This document shows positions 43,066 through 52,918 of a stretch of DNA of 64,000 nt, one piece after another. Source of the DNA: an uncultured Thiotrichaceae bacterium (GTDB taxonomy: Bacteria > Pseudomonadota > Gammaproteobacteria > SZUA-229); NCBI GenBank assembly GCA_964531165.1, contig CAZHEA010000004.1, positions 24,476 through 88,475 of the forward strand, written 5' to 3'. Each line of letters starts with the position of its first letter. Positions within the stretch are counted from its first letter, which is position 1. The position numbers and the translations under genes are program-made. A model generated the notes under the pieces. It searched no databases. It saw only the letters and a list, made by a program, of their open reading frames with translations, and had not been told where the DNA came from.

Positions 43066-43836
43066 GTGACTATCATGAAAAAAGACAATCAGTCAAAATA
43101 TCAGTCTAATACAAGCCTTGATGTCCTGTATGCACAACCACGTGAAGCAATTTCAGGTTTTGTATTTGATGAAGCCGTGGTAAAAGTTTTTGAAGATATG
43201 ATAGGGCGATCGGTTCCCGGGTATGCGACTTTACTTTCAATGCTGCCGGTACTGGCAAGATCTTTTGTAACCAATAACAGTTGTTGTTATGATTTAGGCT
43301 GTTCTTTAGGTGCTGCTACTCTAGCAATTCAACAGGGTATTGAAGAAGATAATGTAGATATTATTTCGATTGATAATTCTTCTGCAATGGTTAAGCAGTG
43401 TCAAATATTAACAGACCAGCATAGAAGAAAGGCCAATGTTATTGTTAAACAGGCTGATATTTGTGATGTAAGTTTAAGTAATGCTTCTCTTGTTGTAATG
43501 AATTTCACCCTGCAGTTTATAGCTGAAGAATTACGTAGTGAGTTAGTTAATAAAATATATAACTCTTTAAACTCAGGTGGTGCTTTCGTGCTTTCGGAAA
43601 AAATAAAGTTCAATGATGAGATGGAGCAAAGCAGGCAAACATCGCTTCATCATCTGTTTAAAAAAGCAAATGGCTACTCGGATCTTGAAATTAGTCAGAA
43701 GCGTTCAGCGCTGGATAATGTTTTAATAGCTGAAACCATAGAGCAGCATATCGATAGAATAAAGAAAGCCGGATTTTCAGAGGTCTTTGTCTGGTTTCAG
43801 TGCTTTAATTTCGTATCATTTTTAGCGGTCAAATAA
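43066..43836 (+). CDS. cmoA: Carboxy-S-adenosyl-L-methionine synthase CmoA
   Basis: FVFDE.VV.VF.DMI.RSVPGY, YDLGCSLGA, NGYSDLEISQKR. Confidence 0.96.
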   Translation: MTIMKKDNQSKYQSNTSLDVLYAQPREAISGFVFDEAVVKVFEDMIGRSVPGYATLLSMLPVLARSFVTNNSCCYDLGCSLGAATLAIQQGIEEDNVDIISIDNSSAMVKQCQILTDQHRRKANVIVKQADICDVSLSNASLVVMNFTLQFIAEELRSELVNKIYNSLNSGGAFVLSEKIKFNDEMEQSRQTSLHHLFKKANGYSDLEISQKRSALDNVLIAETIEQHIDRIKKAGFSEVFVWFQCFNFVSFLAVK

Positions 43837-43847
43837 AAGTATATAAA

Positions 43848-44819
43848 ATGAATGTAAGTCGATTGTATGAATTAATGCGGGATACTGAGTTAGCTGCATG
43901 GTTAAATGTATTAGACGCACAGATTAGTAAAGGTTTGTGTAATGATACTTATGGGAAGCTAGATAACTGGCAGGCGGCTATAAAGGAACTGCCTGAATTG
44001 AGTTCTTCAAAAATTGATTTAAACGCTGATAAAGTATCGGTGTTTTCAGAAAATAAATTACAGAGTGTCGCCAAAGAAAATTTAAAAAACACCCTAAAAA
44101 AACTTATGCCATGGAGAAAAGGGCCATATTTTATACATGGAGTTGATATTGATACTGAATGGCGATCGGATTTTAAGTGGCAACGGTTGTCTGAAAAAAT
44201 AAAGCCACTACAGGGAAAAACGGTGCTGGATGTTGGTTGCGGAAACGGTTATCACAGTTGGCGCATGCGTGGTATGGGTGCAGATCTAGTTATTGGTATT
44301 GATCCGTCACCGCTGTTTGTTATGCAGTTTCAGGCGCTGCAGCATTTTATTAATGATGATCGTGTTTATGTGTTACCTCTGGGGATTGAAGCGGTGCCGA
44401 AAAACTTGCGTGGTTTTGATACGGTATTTTCAATGGGTGTTTTTTATCATCGTAAATCCCCCATGGAGCACTTATCGCAGTTAAAACAATGCTTAAAACC
44501 CGGTGGCGAACTGGTGCTGGAAACGCTGGTAATAAAAGGTGACGAACTGGAGGTGTTAATGCCACGGGACCGTTATGCACAGATGCGTAATGTATGGTTT
44601 TTACCGAGCAGTAAAGCCATGATAAAATGGCTGCTTCGCAGTGGTTTTAAAAATGTAAAACTGATTGATGAAACAGTTACCAGTCTGGAAGAACAACGCA
44701 CAACCGAATGGATGCAGTTTCACTCATTAAAAGAGTTTTTAGATCCAAATGATAGTAGTAAAACAATAGAAGGATATGATGCGCCATTAAGAGCGGTATT
44801 TACCGCAGAGGCATCATAA
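43848..44819 (+). CDS. cmoB: tRNA cmo5U34 carboxymethyltransferase CmoB
   Basis: PWRKGP, IDTEWRSDFKW, DVGCGNGYH, RYAQMRNVWFLPS. Confidence 0.97.
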   Translation: MNVSRLYELMRDTELAAWLNVLDAQISKGLCNDTYGKLDNWQAAIKELPELSSSKIDLNADKVSVFSENKLQSVAKENLKNTLKKLMPWRKGPYFIHGVDIDTEWRSDFKWQRLSEKIKPLQGKTVLDVGCGNGYHSWRMRGMGADLVIGIDPSPLFVMQFQALQHFINDDRVYVLPLGIEAVPKNLRGFDTVFSMGVFYHRKSPMEHLSQLKQCLKPGGELVLETLVIKGDELEVLMPRDRYAQMRNVWFLPSSKAMIKWLLRSGFKNVKLIDETVTSLEEQRTTEWMQFHSLKEFLDPNDSSKTIEGYDAPLRAVFTAEAS

Positions 44820-46703
44820 GCGGTTATGTTTGTTGGTCAGCCTGGTTCGAATTATACCTGCTATAACGGCAAATATTATTATTAAAGCCGGAAGCAGAGC
44901 AATGTTAATAATCTTAAGTTGATTTCCCAGACTTTCAATGTCAACACTAAGTGCGTGTTGCACATTGCGTAAGTCGTTTCTGATAGAAATATGTTGTGCT
45001 CGGAACTGAGCTATTTCATTCAGCTGCTGAGGATTTAATGAATTTTTTGCAGAAGATTCGTTGGCTTTTTCCTGTAAATTTTTTATTTTAAAACCGATTT
45101 CACTCAGTTTCTCCTGCAGTATTCGCTCCTTTATACGATATTGTTGATCAGCTGCTGCGCGTAAATTAGCCACTTTTGTAAATGGACGAAGTGAACGACC
45201 CCGGCTGCGTAGGTTGATTAAATCATTACTGCCGCTTAAATTTTCTAATGCGTTAATAACAAACTTGTCGTTATCTGCGCGGGGCATGGCTGCTCTTTGT
45301 CCATAAAAATCCTGGAAGTCTACCCAGAATAAATCTCTTAGCATATCTGTATCCGCTACAATAATTAAGTTTACAGATTGTGTTGATTTTTTTAAATGTT
45401 CTGTGGTTGCGTGGTTTCCAATGCCATCAGGAAATGCTGTATCTACCGGGCCGGTTATACGGGCAGCTATTACAAAAGGTATGCCACCCGCAACATACAT
45501 TTGCAACAGTTCTTCGGGACTGGTAAAAAACTGAATGCTGCTAGCATCAATGGCCATAGACTGGTCGCTGGTTTTTATCAGTGGAATAAATTCAGTGCTG
45601 GCCGACGGTGTCTGGCGTAAAATGCCGGAGCTTGCCATTACGATATTCTGCACATTGCGTGTCACAACATCGGATGAATTAAAATTCTGGTTATTTAACG
45701 TAAGCCATGCGACATAATCGACTTCACCTTTTTCCAGTCCACCAACTCGGGCTTTAATGCGTGTAGCGGCTTTGCGATCACCGGCAATGAATCCTTTAAC
45801 CAGTTCAATCCCCCATGCGCTTAATAGTTTGTCTGGAATCGAGTCACGAACAGGGGTTGAGTAGTTATCAACTGTACTGGTGATTTTGTCGACAGATACA
45901 TCAGCTTCAGAGAATGCATCAACAAACATCAGTGTGCGGCCACCGTTAAGTACAAACTGATCAATGGCAAACAGTGTTTTAGTATCCAGATTTCTTGGAT
46001 GTACAACCATTAATGTATTAACCGTGTCAGGGATACGTGTTAGCTCGAGGGGTAATTGCTGAACATTGAAGGAGCGTTTTATCTGACTTAGCATAAACCA
46101 TTCGCGTGTTTTATTCAGGTAACTGTTTGCAGCGCTACCATCGAGTGGCAGTTTTGATATTAATCCAACCGTCGGGCGTTGTGCATTTGTTAAGTTATAA
46201 ATGAGTTTAGAAATTTCGTATTCAAGAATGTCTTCCTGAGAGGATTGAAAGTAACTGATGGTTTTCCAGTCGCCGGATGAGTTAATGCCTGCAAGTCCGA
46301 AATAGGCAAGACTGCCAGCGCTATCTGCGGGAATGCCTTGTAGCTTATAATACATGGCTTCGGCTTCTTCATCTGAAAAAGGTGTCGGGTTTATGATTTC
46401 TAATATTATGTTGTTTTTACTTGTTAATGCGTATTCCTCGAGTAGTTCTTTTATGCGCTGCGCATAAGTGGCTGTTGAGGGTGATGTGCCTAATAGTTTT
46501 TCAGAAAAATAAAATTTTAAGGTAAGCGGTTTTTGTAGAGTGTGTAAAATATTCTTGGTTCCTTCAGATAAAGTGTAAAGTTTATCTGAAGTCATATCTA
46601 TTTTTATGTTTGTTAAAAACACAGTTGATAATAAATTTATTACCAATAATGAAAGCGCGATTGTGAGCAATGTATAAGTTGATTTTAATTTTCTATTATT
46701 CAT
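44814..46703 (-). CDS. GldG-like ABC auxiliary component
   Basis: DMTSDKLYTLSEGT, LEYEISKLI, IDQFVLNGG, IIVADTDML, coiled coil and C-terminal TM. Confidence 0.88.
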   Translation of the reverse strand: MNNRKLKSTYTLLTIALSLLVINLLSTVFLTNIKIDMTSDKLYTLSEGTKNILHTLQKPLTLKFYFSEKLLGTSPSTATYAQRIKELLEEYALTSKNNIILEIINPTPFSDEEAEAMYYKLQGIPADSAGSLAYFGLAGINSSGDWKTISYFQSSQEDILEYEISKLIYNLTNAQRPTVGLISKLPLDGSAANSYLNKTREWFMLSQIKRSFNVQQLPLELTRIPDTVNTLMVVHPRNLDTKTLFAIDQFVLNGGRTLMFVDAFSEADVSVDKITSTVDNYSTPVRDSIPDKLLSAWGIELVKGFIAGDRKAATRIKARVGGLEKGEVDYVAWLTLNNQNFNSSDVVTRNVQNIVMASSGILRQTPSASTEFIPLIKTSDQSMAIDASSIQFFTSPEELLQMYVAGGIPFVIAARITGPVDTAFPDGIGNHATTEHLKKSTQSVNLIIVADTDMLRDLFWVDFQDFYGQRAAMPRADNDKFVINALENLSGSNDLINLRSRGRSLRPFTKVANLRAAADQQYRIKERILQEKLSEIGFKIKNLQEKANESSAKNSLNPQQLNEIAQFRAQHISIRNDLRNVQHALSVDIESLGNQLKIINIALLPALIIIFAVIAGIIRTRLTNKHNRL

Positions 46704-46705
46704 TT

Positions 46706-47440
46706 TCAGTCAGCCTTTTTTATATCAACAATAATGATATTGGCTAACAGCCAACTGGCGATAAAGGAAAAAAAGAAAACAATGTCTTTTATGTCGATGA
46801 TACCTTTCATGATGGAATTGAAGTGGCTTGTAATGCTCATGCTACTGATAGTGCTGATTAAAATTTGCGGCAGCCATTGCTGAAATAAGTCGAGCACCAG
46901 AGGTGTGCCGGAAAGTATAAAGATAAAACAGATTACAACAGCGATGATAAATGCGATCACCTGATTTTTTGAAAATGCAGAAACACATGAACCAATTGCC
47001 AGATAGGCTCCGGCCATGAGAAAACTGCCTATATAGCCGGCAAATATAACCGGGTTATCTGGATTGCCCAGATAGTTTACGGTGAGCCATATAGGGAAAG
47101 TCAGCATGAGTGCAATACCGCTGAATAACCACGCGGCAAGGTATTTTCCGGTAACCGCTTGCATAGTTGATACCGGTAGCGTCATTAATAATTCAATGGT
47201 ACCTGATTTTCTTTCTTCGGCCCATAATCGCATTGATAATGCGGGAATCAAAAATAAATACAATAGAGGGTGGTAATCAAAAAAAGGCACTAAATCTGCC
47301 TGCTCACGCTCAAACCAGCCACCAATATAAAATGTAAAAACGCCATTTAAGGCGAGAAATATGACAATGAAAACATAGGCTAATGGTGTTGAAAAATAAC
47401 TGTAAAACTCACGTTTAAAAATAGCACTAATTATTAGCAT
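46706..47440 (-). CDS. GldF-like ABC-2 permease
   Basis: REFYSYFSTPLAYVF, MRLWAEERKSGTIELLMTLP. Confidence 0.92.
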   Translation of the reverse strand: MLIISAIFKREFYSYFSTPLAYVFIVIFLALNGVFTFYIGGWFEREQADLVPFFDYHPLLYLFLIPALSMRLWAEERKSGTIELLMTLPVSTMQAVTGKYLAAWLFSGIALMLTFPIWLTVNYLGNPDNPVIFAGYIGSFLMAGAYLAIGSCVSAFSKNQVIAFIIAVVICFIFILSGTPLVLDLFQQWLPQILISTISSMSITSHFNSIMKGIIDIKDIVFFFSFIASWLLANIIIVDIKKAD

Positions 47441-47450
47441 GAATAAACTT

Positions 47451-48422
47451 TTAACAATTGGTCGTTGTGTTTTTTTGTGGATCAGGTTGCCGCGTTAAAT
47501 ATCGAAATACATCGTCAAGTTTTCCCGGGATGACAAAGGCCTCTTCAATATTCCAGCCTTTACTGTGTATCATATTGGTGATGGATGTCAAAATGTATGC
47601 GGAGCTTACAGGGTTAATTATAAAGTAGTTAGACTGTGAGTGAAAAGACACATTCGCAACTCCGTTGAGCTGTTCAATTTTCTGCTGAGCTTGTGGCGGG
47701 CTCTGTCCGGCAAACTTCAATTTCACTGAGTTATGTGAAGGTGATAAAGCCTGTAACTCATCTGCACTCCCGTCAAACACCATATTTCCCTGCGCCATAA
47801 TTGCAACATGTTTACAAATGGCATTTACCTCTTCCAGAATATGAGTAGAGATAAGGATGGCTTTATCCTCTGACATTTCATTAATCAGTTTTCTGACTTC
47901 ATGTTTTTGATTGGGGTCGAGCCCGTCAGTCGGTTCATCCATAATAAGAATCAATGGGTCGTGCAAAATGGCTTGCGCCAGACCGACGCGGCGCTTAAAG
48001 CCTTTAGATAATGTGTCTATTGTTTTATGTAAGACGCTACCGAGGTTAGTTCTGTCAACGGCGGTATTTATTTGTTGTTTTTTTTGCCTGCCGGTATAGC
48101 CTCGAATATCAGCAATGAATCCCAGAAAACCTGCTGTTGTCATGTCGCCATATGCCGGTGCACCTTCTGGCAGATAGCCAATCATTTTTTTTATTTCAAG
48201 GGGGTGTTTTTCGACATCCAGATTGTTAACCAGTACGCTACCCGAGTCTGCAGACATAAAACCGGTAATTATTTTCATGGTAGTCGATTTGCCAGCACCA
48301 TTAGGGCCGAGAAAACCCATGACCTCACCTTTGTTTACATTAAAGCTAATGTCATTAATCGCATTGAACTGGTTAAATGATTTGCATAAGTTTTTAACTG
48401 AAATTTGAGTGTTGCCTGACAT
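47451..48422 (-). CDS. GldA-like ABC ATP-binding protein
   Basis: GPNGAGKST, LSKGFKRRVG, DEPTDGLDP. Confidence 0.94.
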   Translation of the reverse strand: MSGNTQISVKNLCKSFNQFNAINDISFNVNKGEVMGFLGPNGAGKSTTMKIITGFMSADSGSVLVNNLDVEKHPLEIKKMIGYLPEGAPAYGDMTTAGFLGFIADIRGYTGRQKKQQINTAVDRTNLGSVLHKTIDTLSKGFKRRVGLAQAILHDPLILIMDEPTDGLDPNQKHEVRKLINEMSEDKAILISTHILEEVNAICKHVAIMAQGNMVFDGSADELQALSPSHNSVKLKFAGQSPPQAQQKIEQLNGVANVSFHSQSNYFIINPVSSAYILTSITNMIHSKGWNIEEAFVIPGKLDDVFRYLTRQPDPQKNTTTNC

Positions 48423-48423
48423 A

Positions 48424-49029
48424 TTACAATCCATTGGTGTCTTTGATTGAGGCTGATGTTAAATCTGCTGGATGATGTTGTGGATTATAGGTGGTAAATA
48501 TCTGTTCTGTGAGTTTTTTATCTCTGAACCATATCTGAAATATCCAGTCACCCTCGACTAATTCGTAGTCTTCATTAAATGCATAACCATCAAATGCAAT
48601 GACCTGGCCAATGCTGGTACGGCCACGAAAAATTCTGTCCCAGCCAGTTGAGATACTACCATCCGGTAATGTCATCGGCGGGTGAATAAGTACCTTGCGT
48701 AATTCTACCGTGGGTTTTTTGACTTCATCTCTGGGCAGGTTCAGTAGTCGATAGCGGTATGCAAAAAAGGTATCTTTTAGCAGAGGGATTTTACGGGTTT
48801 GCTGGCTGAGAGTTAAAACCGGTTTGCTAATGATTTTTCCGGTATTGGTGCTTAAGTCATTACGGACTCGACCTTTTCTTTGTGCGCGGTATATTCCGTA
48901 TTCAAAAATTTTACCTTCAGGCAGGGATGGTAAAACGGATTTTTTTTCTGCGGATGTAAGACTGGATTCGCTATTTTGATTACAGCTGGCTAGCGCGATT
49001 AAGGTTAAGGCAATTAATCCATGCTTCAT
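48424..49029 (-). CDS. Lipoprotein, DUF3859-like domain
   Basis: Lipobox LASC; EYGIY, T.KIP....FAYRY, HPPM, ELVEGDWIFQIW. Confidence 0.75.
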   Translation of the reverse strand: MKHGLIALTLIALASCNQNSESSLTSAEKKSVLPSLPEGKIFEYGIYRAQRKGRVRNDLSTNTGKIISKPVLTLSQQTRKIPLLKDTFFAYRYRLLNLPRDEVKKPTVELRKVLIHPPMTLPDGSISTGWDRIFRGRTSIGQVIAFDGYAFNEDYELVEGDWIFQIWFRDKKLTEQIFTTYNPQHHPADLTSASIKDTNGL

Positions 49030-49125
49030 AAATTAACTCTATAGGTTTAAAAAGTCTGTCACGCTGAATCAAGTGTACTCATTGATTAGCGCGACAAAAA
49101 CAGGTTTTATTTTTAACTAACGGAT

Positions 49126-49824
49126 TTACGGATATTGAAACCACGCCTCGCGGGTAGCCGGTGACAGCCCGTGGCTCATACTATCGGTGCAGTGCGAGAC
49201 CACGCGAATTAAGAAAGCGGTATTTTCCTGTCCCGCAACTCTGGGGTCTGCAATAGCGGTGGCTACATTGGGGTGACCCTCATGTCCCGGGCGTGATGTA
49301 GTGGTTTTCTGAAATGGATAAGCACCGCCGACAACAGGGAAATCCAGCTCAATTTCAAATTCACCCTTACCTTTATTGTTGGTGCTGAATGAATTAGCTG
49401 AGGCTGGAGCCCCAGTAGGATCAACCCATGGGCTGATGGCATTTAAGCCATCGAGTTCAGTGCCGGCTGCCAGTGGTGTTGCGCCACCGCCGGTTAATGG
49501 GCTGCCGGCGGAGTTTAGCCCGGCCTTACCTTTAATACGTACCCAGACAGTGAACAGAGTATTGGGCGCGGCATTTTTTAATTCAACTTCAACTTTGCTG
49601 CCCAGGCCTTTTTGTGATATTTCAAGTTTGGCCGTTGCATCCTGCCATGCATTGCCGCTGGGATCGATCGGGCAATTAGCTTCGACCGTATCGCCGCTAC
49701 CACTGCTGGAGCCGGGTGCACGACGCGGCATGTCATCGTCAATGACAGCTGAACCGGCAAATACAAATTGACTGATGCTTAAGCCAATTAATGTGGTGAG
49801 TATTTTCTTCTGATATATTTTCAT
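49126..49824 (-). CDS. Secreted hypothetical protein with His/Cys motif
   Basis: Signal peptide (VFA), AGGGG RBS, GHEGHP and SHCTDSMSHG motifs. Confidence 0.8.
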   Translation of the reverse strand: MKIYQKKILTTLIGLSISQFVFAGSAVIDDDMPRRAPGSSSGSGDTVEANCPIDPSGNAWQDATAKLEISQKGLGSKVEVELKNAAPNTLFTVWVRIKGKAGLNSAGSPLTGGGATPLAAGTELDGLNAISPWVDPTGAPASANSFSTNNKGKGEFEIELDFPVVGGAYPFQKTTTSRPGHEGHPNVATAIADPRVAGQENTAFLIRVVSHCTDSMSHGLSPATREAWFQYP

Positions 49825-49845
49825 TTTATTTCCCCTAAATTTAGG

Positions 49846-49893
49846 TAAAAAAAATAAAAGGTGATTAAAGACGCAGGTCTTTAATGGCCTTTT
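49846..49893 (-). terminator. Terminator/attenuator-like hairpin just upstream of the RBS of 49824
   Basis: AAAAGGTGATTAAAGAC-GCAG-GTCTTTAATGGCCTTTT stem (15/17 Watson-Crick) followed by T8 on the minus strand. Confidence 0.6.
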
Positions 49894-50048
49894 AAATACG
49901 ACTGAAGGCGCTGGCTTTAGTGTGTCCTACACGAGTGGTTTCCCGGGCTCGGTAAGTTATATCAACAACTCACCGGCCGGGTTTTATTTATTGTTATTAG
50001 ATTGCGTTTTATTGTGGGTTTTTATGTCACGTCTTTAACGCTATATAT

Positions 50049-51644
50049 TTATTGTACAAAAGCTTCGTGAATTACCATCAGCATGCGCGGATCAACGAAG
50101 TCGTCAACGGCAACATTATTACCATTGGCTCTACCCAGAAAAGTAGCAATAGGTTGTGCACAACCGGAGTTAACACCACCCACACCATACGTGCTTTGTG
50201 CGCCGGTTTGTTCACCTGTGCAGGTGCCGTCTGTAGCATCGGCATCTTCTGGTTGTATGGAATATTCACCCACACCACCACCCTGCACAAAACATTCTGC
50301 AGGTGGTACGGCACCGGTTACTGAACAGCCTGGATTGAAAGCAGAAGCGGCAATGAGTAATGTCTCAACATCACAGGCAGTGCCATTAACGCCCGGACCA
50401 CCAATATTTTCACAGGCAATCGCTGACATGCGGTTAGGTCTGATACCGGCAATAACATTTACCCCCGGATCCAGCCCAATGGTACGAGATGGTACGCTTT
50501 CGCCAAAATCAACCACCTGAACTTTCTGGCGGAAAACAGACGGGTTGCAGCCACCAGGGCCAACTTCACCTTCCAGGCAGTTACGTGAACGTTCGCGGTC
50601 AGTTACGTAGATGGTGCCGTCTTCATCAAGTCCCCATGCGCGTAATGAGTCGCGTCGAGATGGGTCATCTGCCGGCTTACCGGGACGTAGATCGATCCAG
50701 CGCGTTACGATAGAGTGATTTTTATCTTTATTGAGTTTGAAGGTTTTCTTTTTGTCATGATGCCCATCATCGTGGTGTCTTTTTTTGCTGCCTTTATTGC
50801 AGCCTACGCCACAACTGGTTTTTTGAATGCCGGCTTTCCAGTCAACCATCGCAATCGCGGCACCGTGAAACATGCTGACACCCATGCCTTCAGAGGTAAA
50901 TGCCAGACCGGCCATACAGGTCCAGCGTGCATCTTTATCTTCAGGTTGGGAATACTCATCTATGACTTCCATGGTTTCCTGATCGAGAACCAGTAAACGG
51001 CTATTGGCAGAGCGCGCAGCGGTTTGATATACCGGAGGGAAGAAAAGATTAGAGGCGTTACCGCTGGAGTGAGTATTGCCGCTGGGGCTTACTGAATCGG
51101 AATTTTGTGCATTAAAAAAGTTAGCATCACAAATAGCCTGAATAATATTGCCATTGGGCATCATCTGGTTACCCAATGGACGAGGCAAAGAGCCCCGGCC
51201 AGCCGGTCCAGTCGGATTACCTAATAGCGGGCGGAAAGAAACGGTGCGAATGGGCGTGCCGTCTCGATGAAACTGCGTAAGTGACTGCTGGCCTGCACTG
51301 GCAATAAATGCATGGCCATTTAAACCGCCGGATAGCACGCCAGTAGGCTTAAATGGACCGGGGCATTCCTGACCGGGAGGGCATATCGGGCCGCCTGCAT
51401 TTGCAGGAGAGAAAGGGTTGGCAACGGTAATGCCTCGTGCGCCGGTTACAATATTTACTTCCAGTACCTGCCCCGGCCCGTTGGCCGCTGCAAACGGTGA
51501 GTTCATGGCATCTGCCATCATAAAGTTAGCTTCAAGACATGCGGGTCCGCCTACACCATCAAGCCCGTGTGCAACGGCATGGCCTGTCGATAGGCTTAAT
51601 CCAATGGCGTAAGCCAGGCCAATTGAAATTCGTTTTATTTTCAT
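50049..51644 (-). CDS. Secreted Cys-rich hypothetical protein, possibly beta-propeller
   Basis: Signal peptide (AVA/H), 15 Cys, HHDDGHHD insert, propeller-like GLDEDGTIYVTD strand motif. Confidence 0.82.
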   Translation of the reverse strand: MKIKRISIGLAYAIGLSLSTGHAVAHGLDGVGGPACLEANFMMADAMNSPFAAANGPGQVLEVNIVTGARGITVANPFSPANAGGPICPPGQECPGPFKPTGVLSGGLNGHAFIASAGQQSLTQFHRDGTPIRTVSFRPLLGNPTGPAGRGSLPRPLGNQMMPNGNIIQAICDANFFNAQNSDSVSPSGNTHSSGNASNLFFPPVYQTAARSANSRLLVLDQETMEVIDEYSQPEDKDARWTCMAGLAFTSEGMGVSMFHGAAIAMVDWKAGIQKTSCGVGCNKGSKKRHHDDGHHDKKKTFKLNKDKNHSIVTRWIDLRPGKPADDPSRRDSLRAWGLDEDGTIYVTDRERSRNCLEGEVGPGGCNPSVFRQKVQVVDFGESVPSRTIGLDPGVNVIAGIRPNRMSAIACENIGGPGVNGTACDVETLLIAASAFNPGCSVTGAVPPAECFVQGGGVGEYSIQPEDADATDGTCTGEQTGAQSTYGVGGVNSGCAQPIATFLGRANGNNVAVDDFVDPRMLMVIHEAFVQ

Positions 51645-51831
51645 TTTTTAATACCCCGTAAAAAATTTAGATGGTTATTAATTTGTGGTTGTTTTAAGTA
51701 ATTCAGTCGATATTAAAATAGCGAATGGGTGATTACATATTTAAAAATTCCACTCTTTACAGTCTGGGTTGTATGCGTATAAATATTTTTTAGATGACTC
51801 TTGTATCATCGAATATAAATTTACGTCATGA

Positions 51832-51863
51832 ATAAGTAGAGGCCGCAGGCTGTGGTTTTATTC
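51832..51863 (-). promoter_or_regulatory. Candidate ECF sigma target promoter
   Basis: GAATAAAACCACAGCCTGCGGCCTCTACTTAT, same -35/-10 blocks and spacing as the motif before the sigma gene. Confidence 0.75.
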
Positions 51864-52180
51864 TTAGTTTTTTCAGGTAATTATTTTTATATGTGTTTTC
51901 AAGCGCTTATGAAAATGTTTTTTAAAATAAATTTAAGTATTGGCTGGCGATGCTGGGTGATTAAGTCTGGATAGGCGGTGAAATTAAAGGTTGGTTGCAA
52001 AGTTTTCAAAATTAATTAATAAAAACGATCAATTACGAATTCTTAAAAAGGCTTTATGGTGTTATTAAGGATGGCATAAAAAAACATAAAATTGTTAAAT
52101 GAAAATTATGCTTTTGTGTGGGAATTTATGTTTTTATGCACGAATAAGAAATGGTTTTTTAAGCTGAGGTATGGGGTAAA

Positions 52181-52918
52181 TTATATCTGCTTCAATGAGT
52201 TAACTTTTTTATATTTCCAGCCATCACGTATATAATCGATAATGTGATCCATGGCGGGTCGATCAGTTTGTACCTTGTCAATAAATTTAAGATTAATGCC
52301 TTTTTCATGTAAATATTTAATGGAGTTTGCACAGGCAATAAAATAAACATTGTCATATTTATTCATAATATCGTTAATCTGTTTTTCAAAAGGAGATGAA
52401 CCTGTACGCATTAAGTCCAGTCCGCCGGCATTGGCAACAACCGCAATTTGCCCGCCGTTGTTTTTGTGAGATTGCAGAAATTTTTCAGTATATGCCAGTG
52501 CGGTGGCAAACTTTTTAGTATCTGATTCGCTGATATGCAGCAATATGCGTTCACCATTGTGTTGTGATTCGCTTAATGGCGTTTCTGCAATAATATCGGA
52601 TTTATATTTGCCAAAATAAAATCCAAATGTCCCTGAACCGAGAGCAATGGAAATAGCGGTTATTGAAGCAACTAATGTCAGCGTGAAATTATGCCATTGG
52701 CTGGTGTGTAACGTATGCTTATTTTCAAATGGCAGTGGCGGATTGTTAAAACCAAGACGGACTAAATCTTTAGCGCGACGTAACTGGTAAACATGCTCGC
52801 GCACCTGTGGGTTTTTATCCATTTCAGTAATAATGGCTTCACTGATTTCGGCGTCTAATTGTCCGTCAACAAAGGCATTTAATGTCTGTTCGTCAAAACT
52901 GTTATATGCGTTCATCAC
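52181..52918 (-). CDS. Transmembrane anti-sigma factor with C-terminal DsrE/DsrF-like domain
   Basis: LNAFVDGQLD anti-sigma N-terminus, one TM, then ILLHIS...VVANAGGLDL...FIACANS...GWKY; coupled to sigma gene. Confidence 0.82.
   Translation of the reverse strand: MMNAYNSFDEQTLNAFVDGQLDAEISEAIITEMDKNPQVREHVYQLRRAKDLVRLGFNNPPLPFENKHTLHTSQWHNFTLTLVASITAISIALGSGTFGFYFGKYKSDIIAETPLSESQHNGERILLHISESDTKKFATALAYTEKFLQSHKNNGGQIAVVANAGGLDLMRTGSSPFEKQINDIMNKYDNVYFIACANSIKYLHEKGINLKFIDKVQTDRPAMDHIIDYIRDGWKYKKVNSLKQI

Noticed and set aside
49081-49112. Possible third ECF promoter (AAATAAAACC...GCTAAT) before the lipoprotein gene
   Set aside because: Lacks the first G, and the TCTA block is mismatched and shifted by one base
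49995-50028. AAAACCCACAATA...TCTAAT resembling the sigma promoter
   Set aside because: No GAATAA and spacing to TCTA is 3 nt longer; may be chance in AT-rich DNA
52074-52139. AT-rich inverted repeat downstream of the anti-sigma gene
   Set aside because: Low-complexity arms of unequal length with a long loop; too weak to call a terminator or operator
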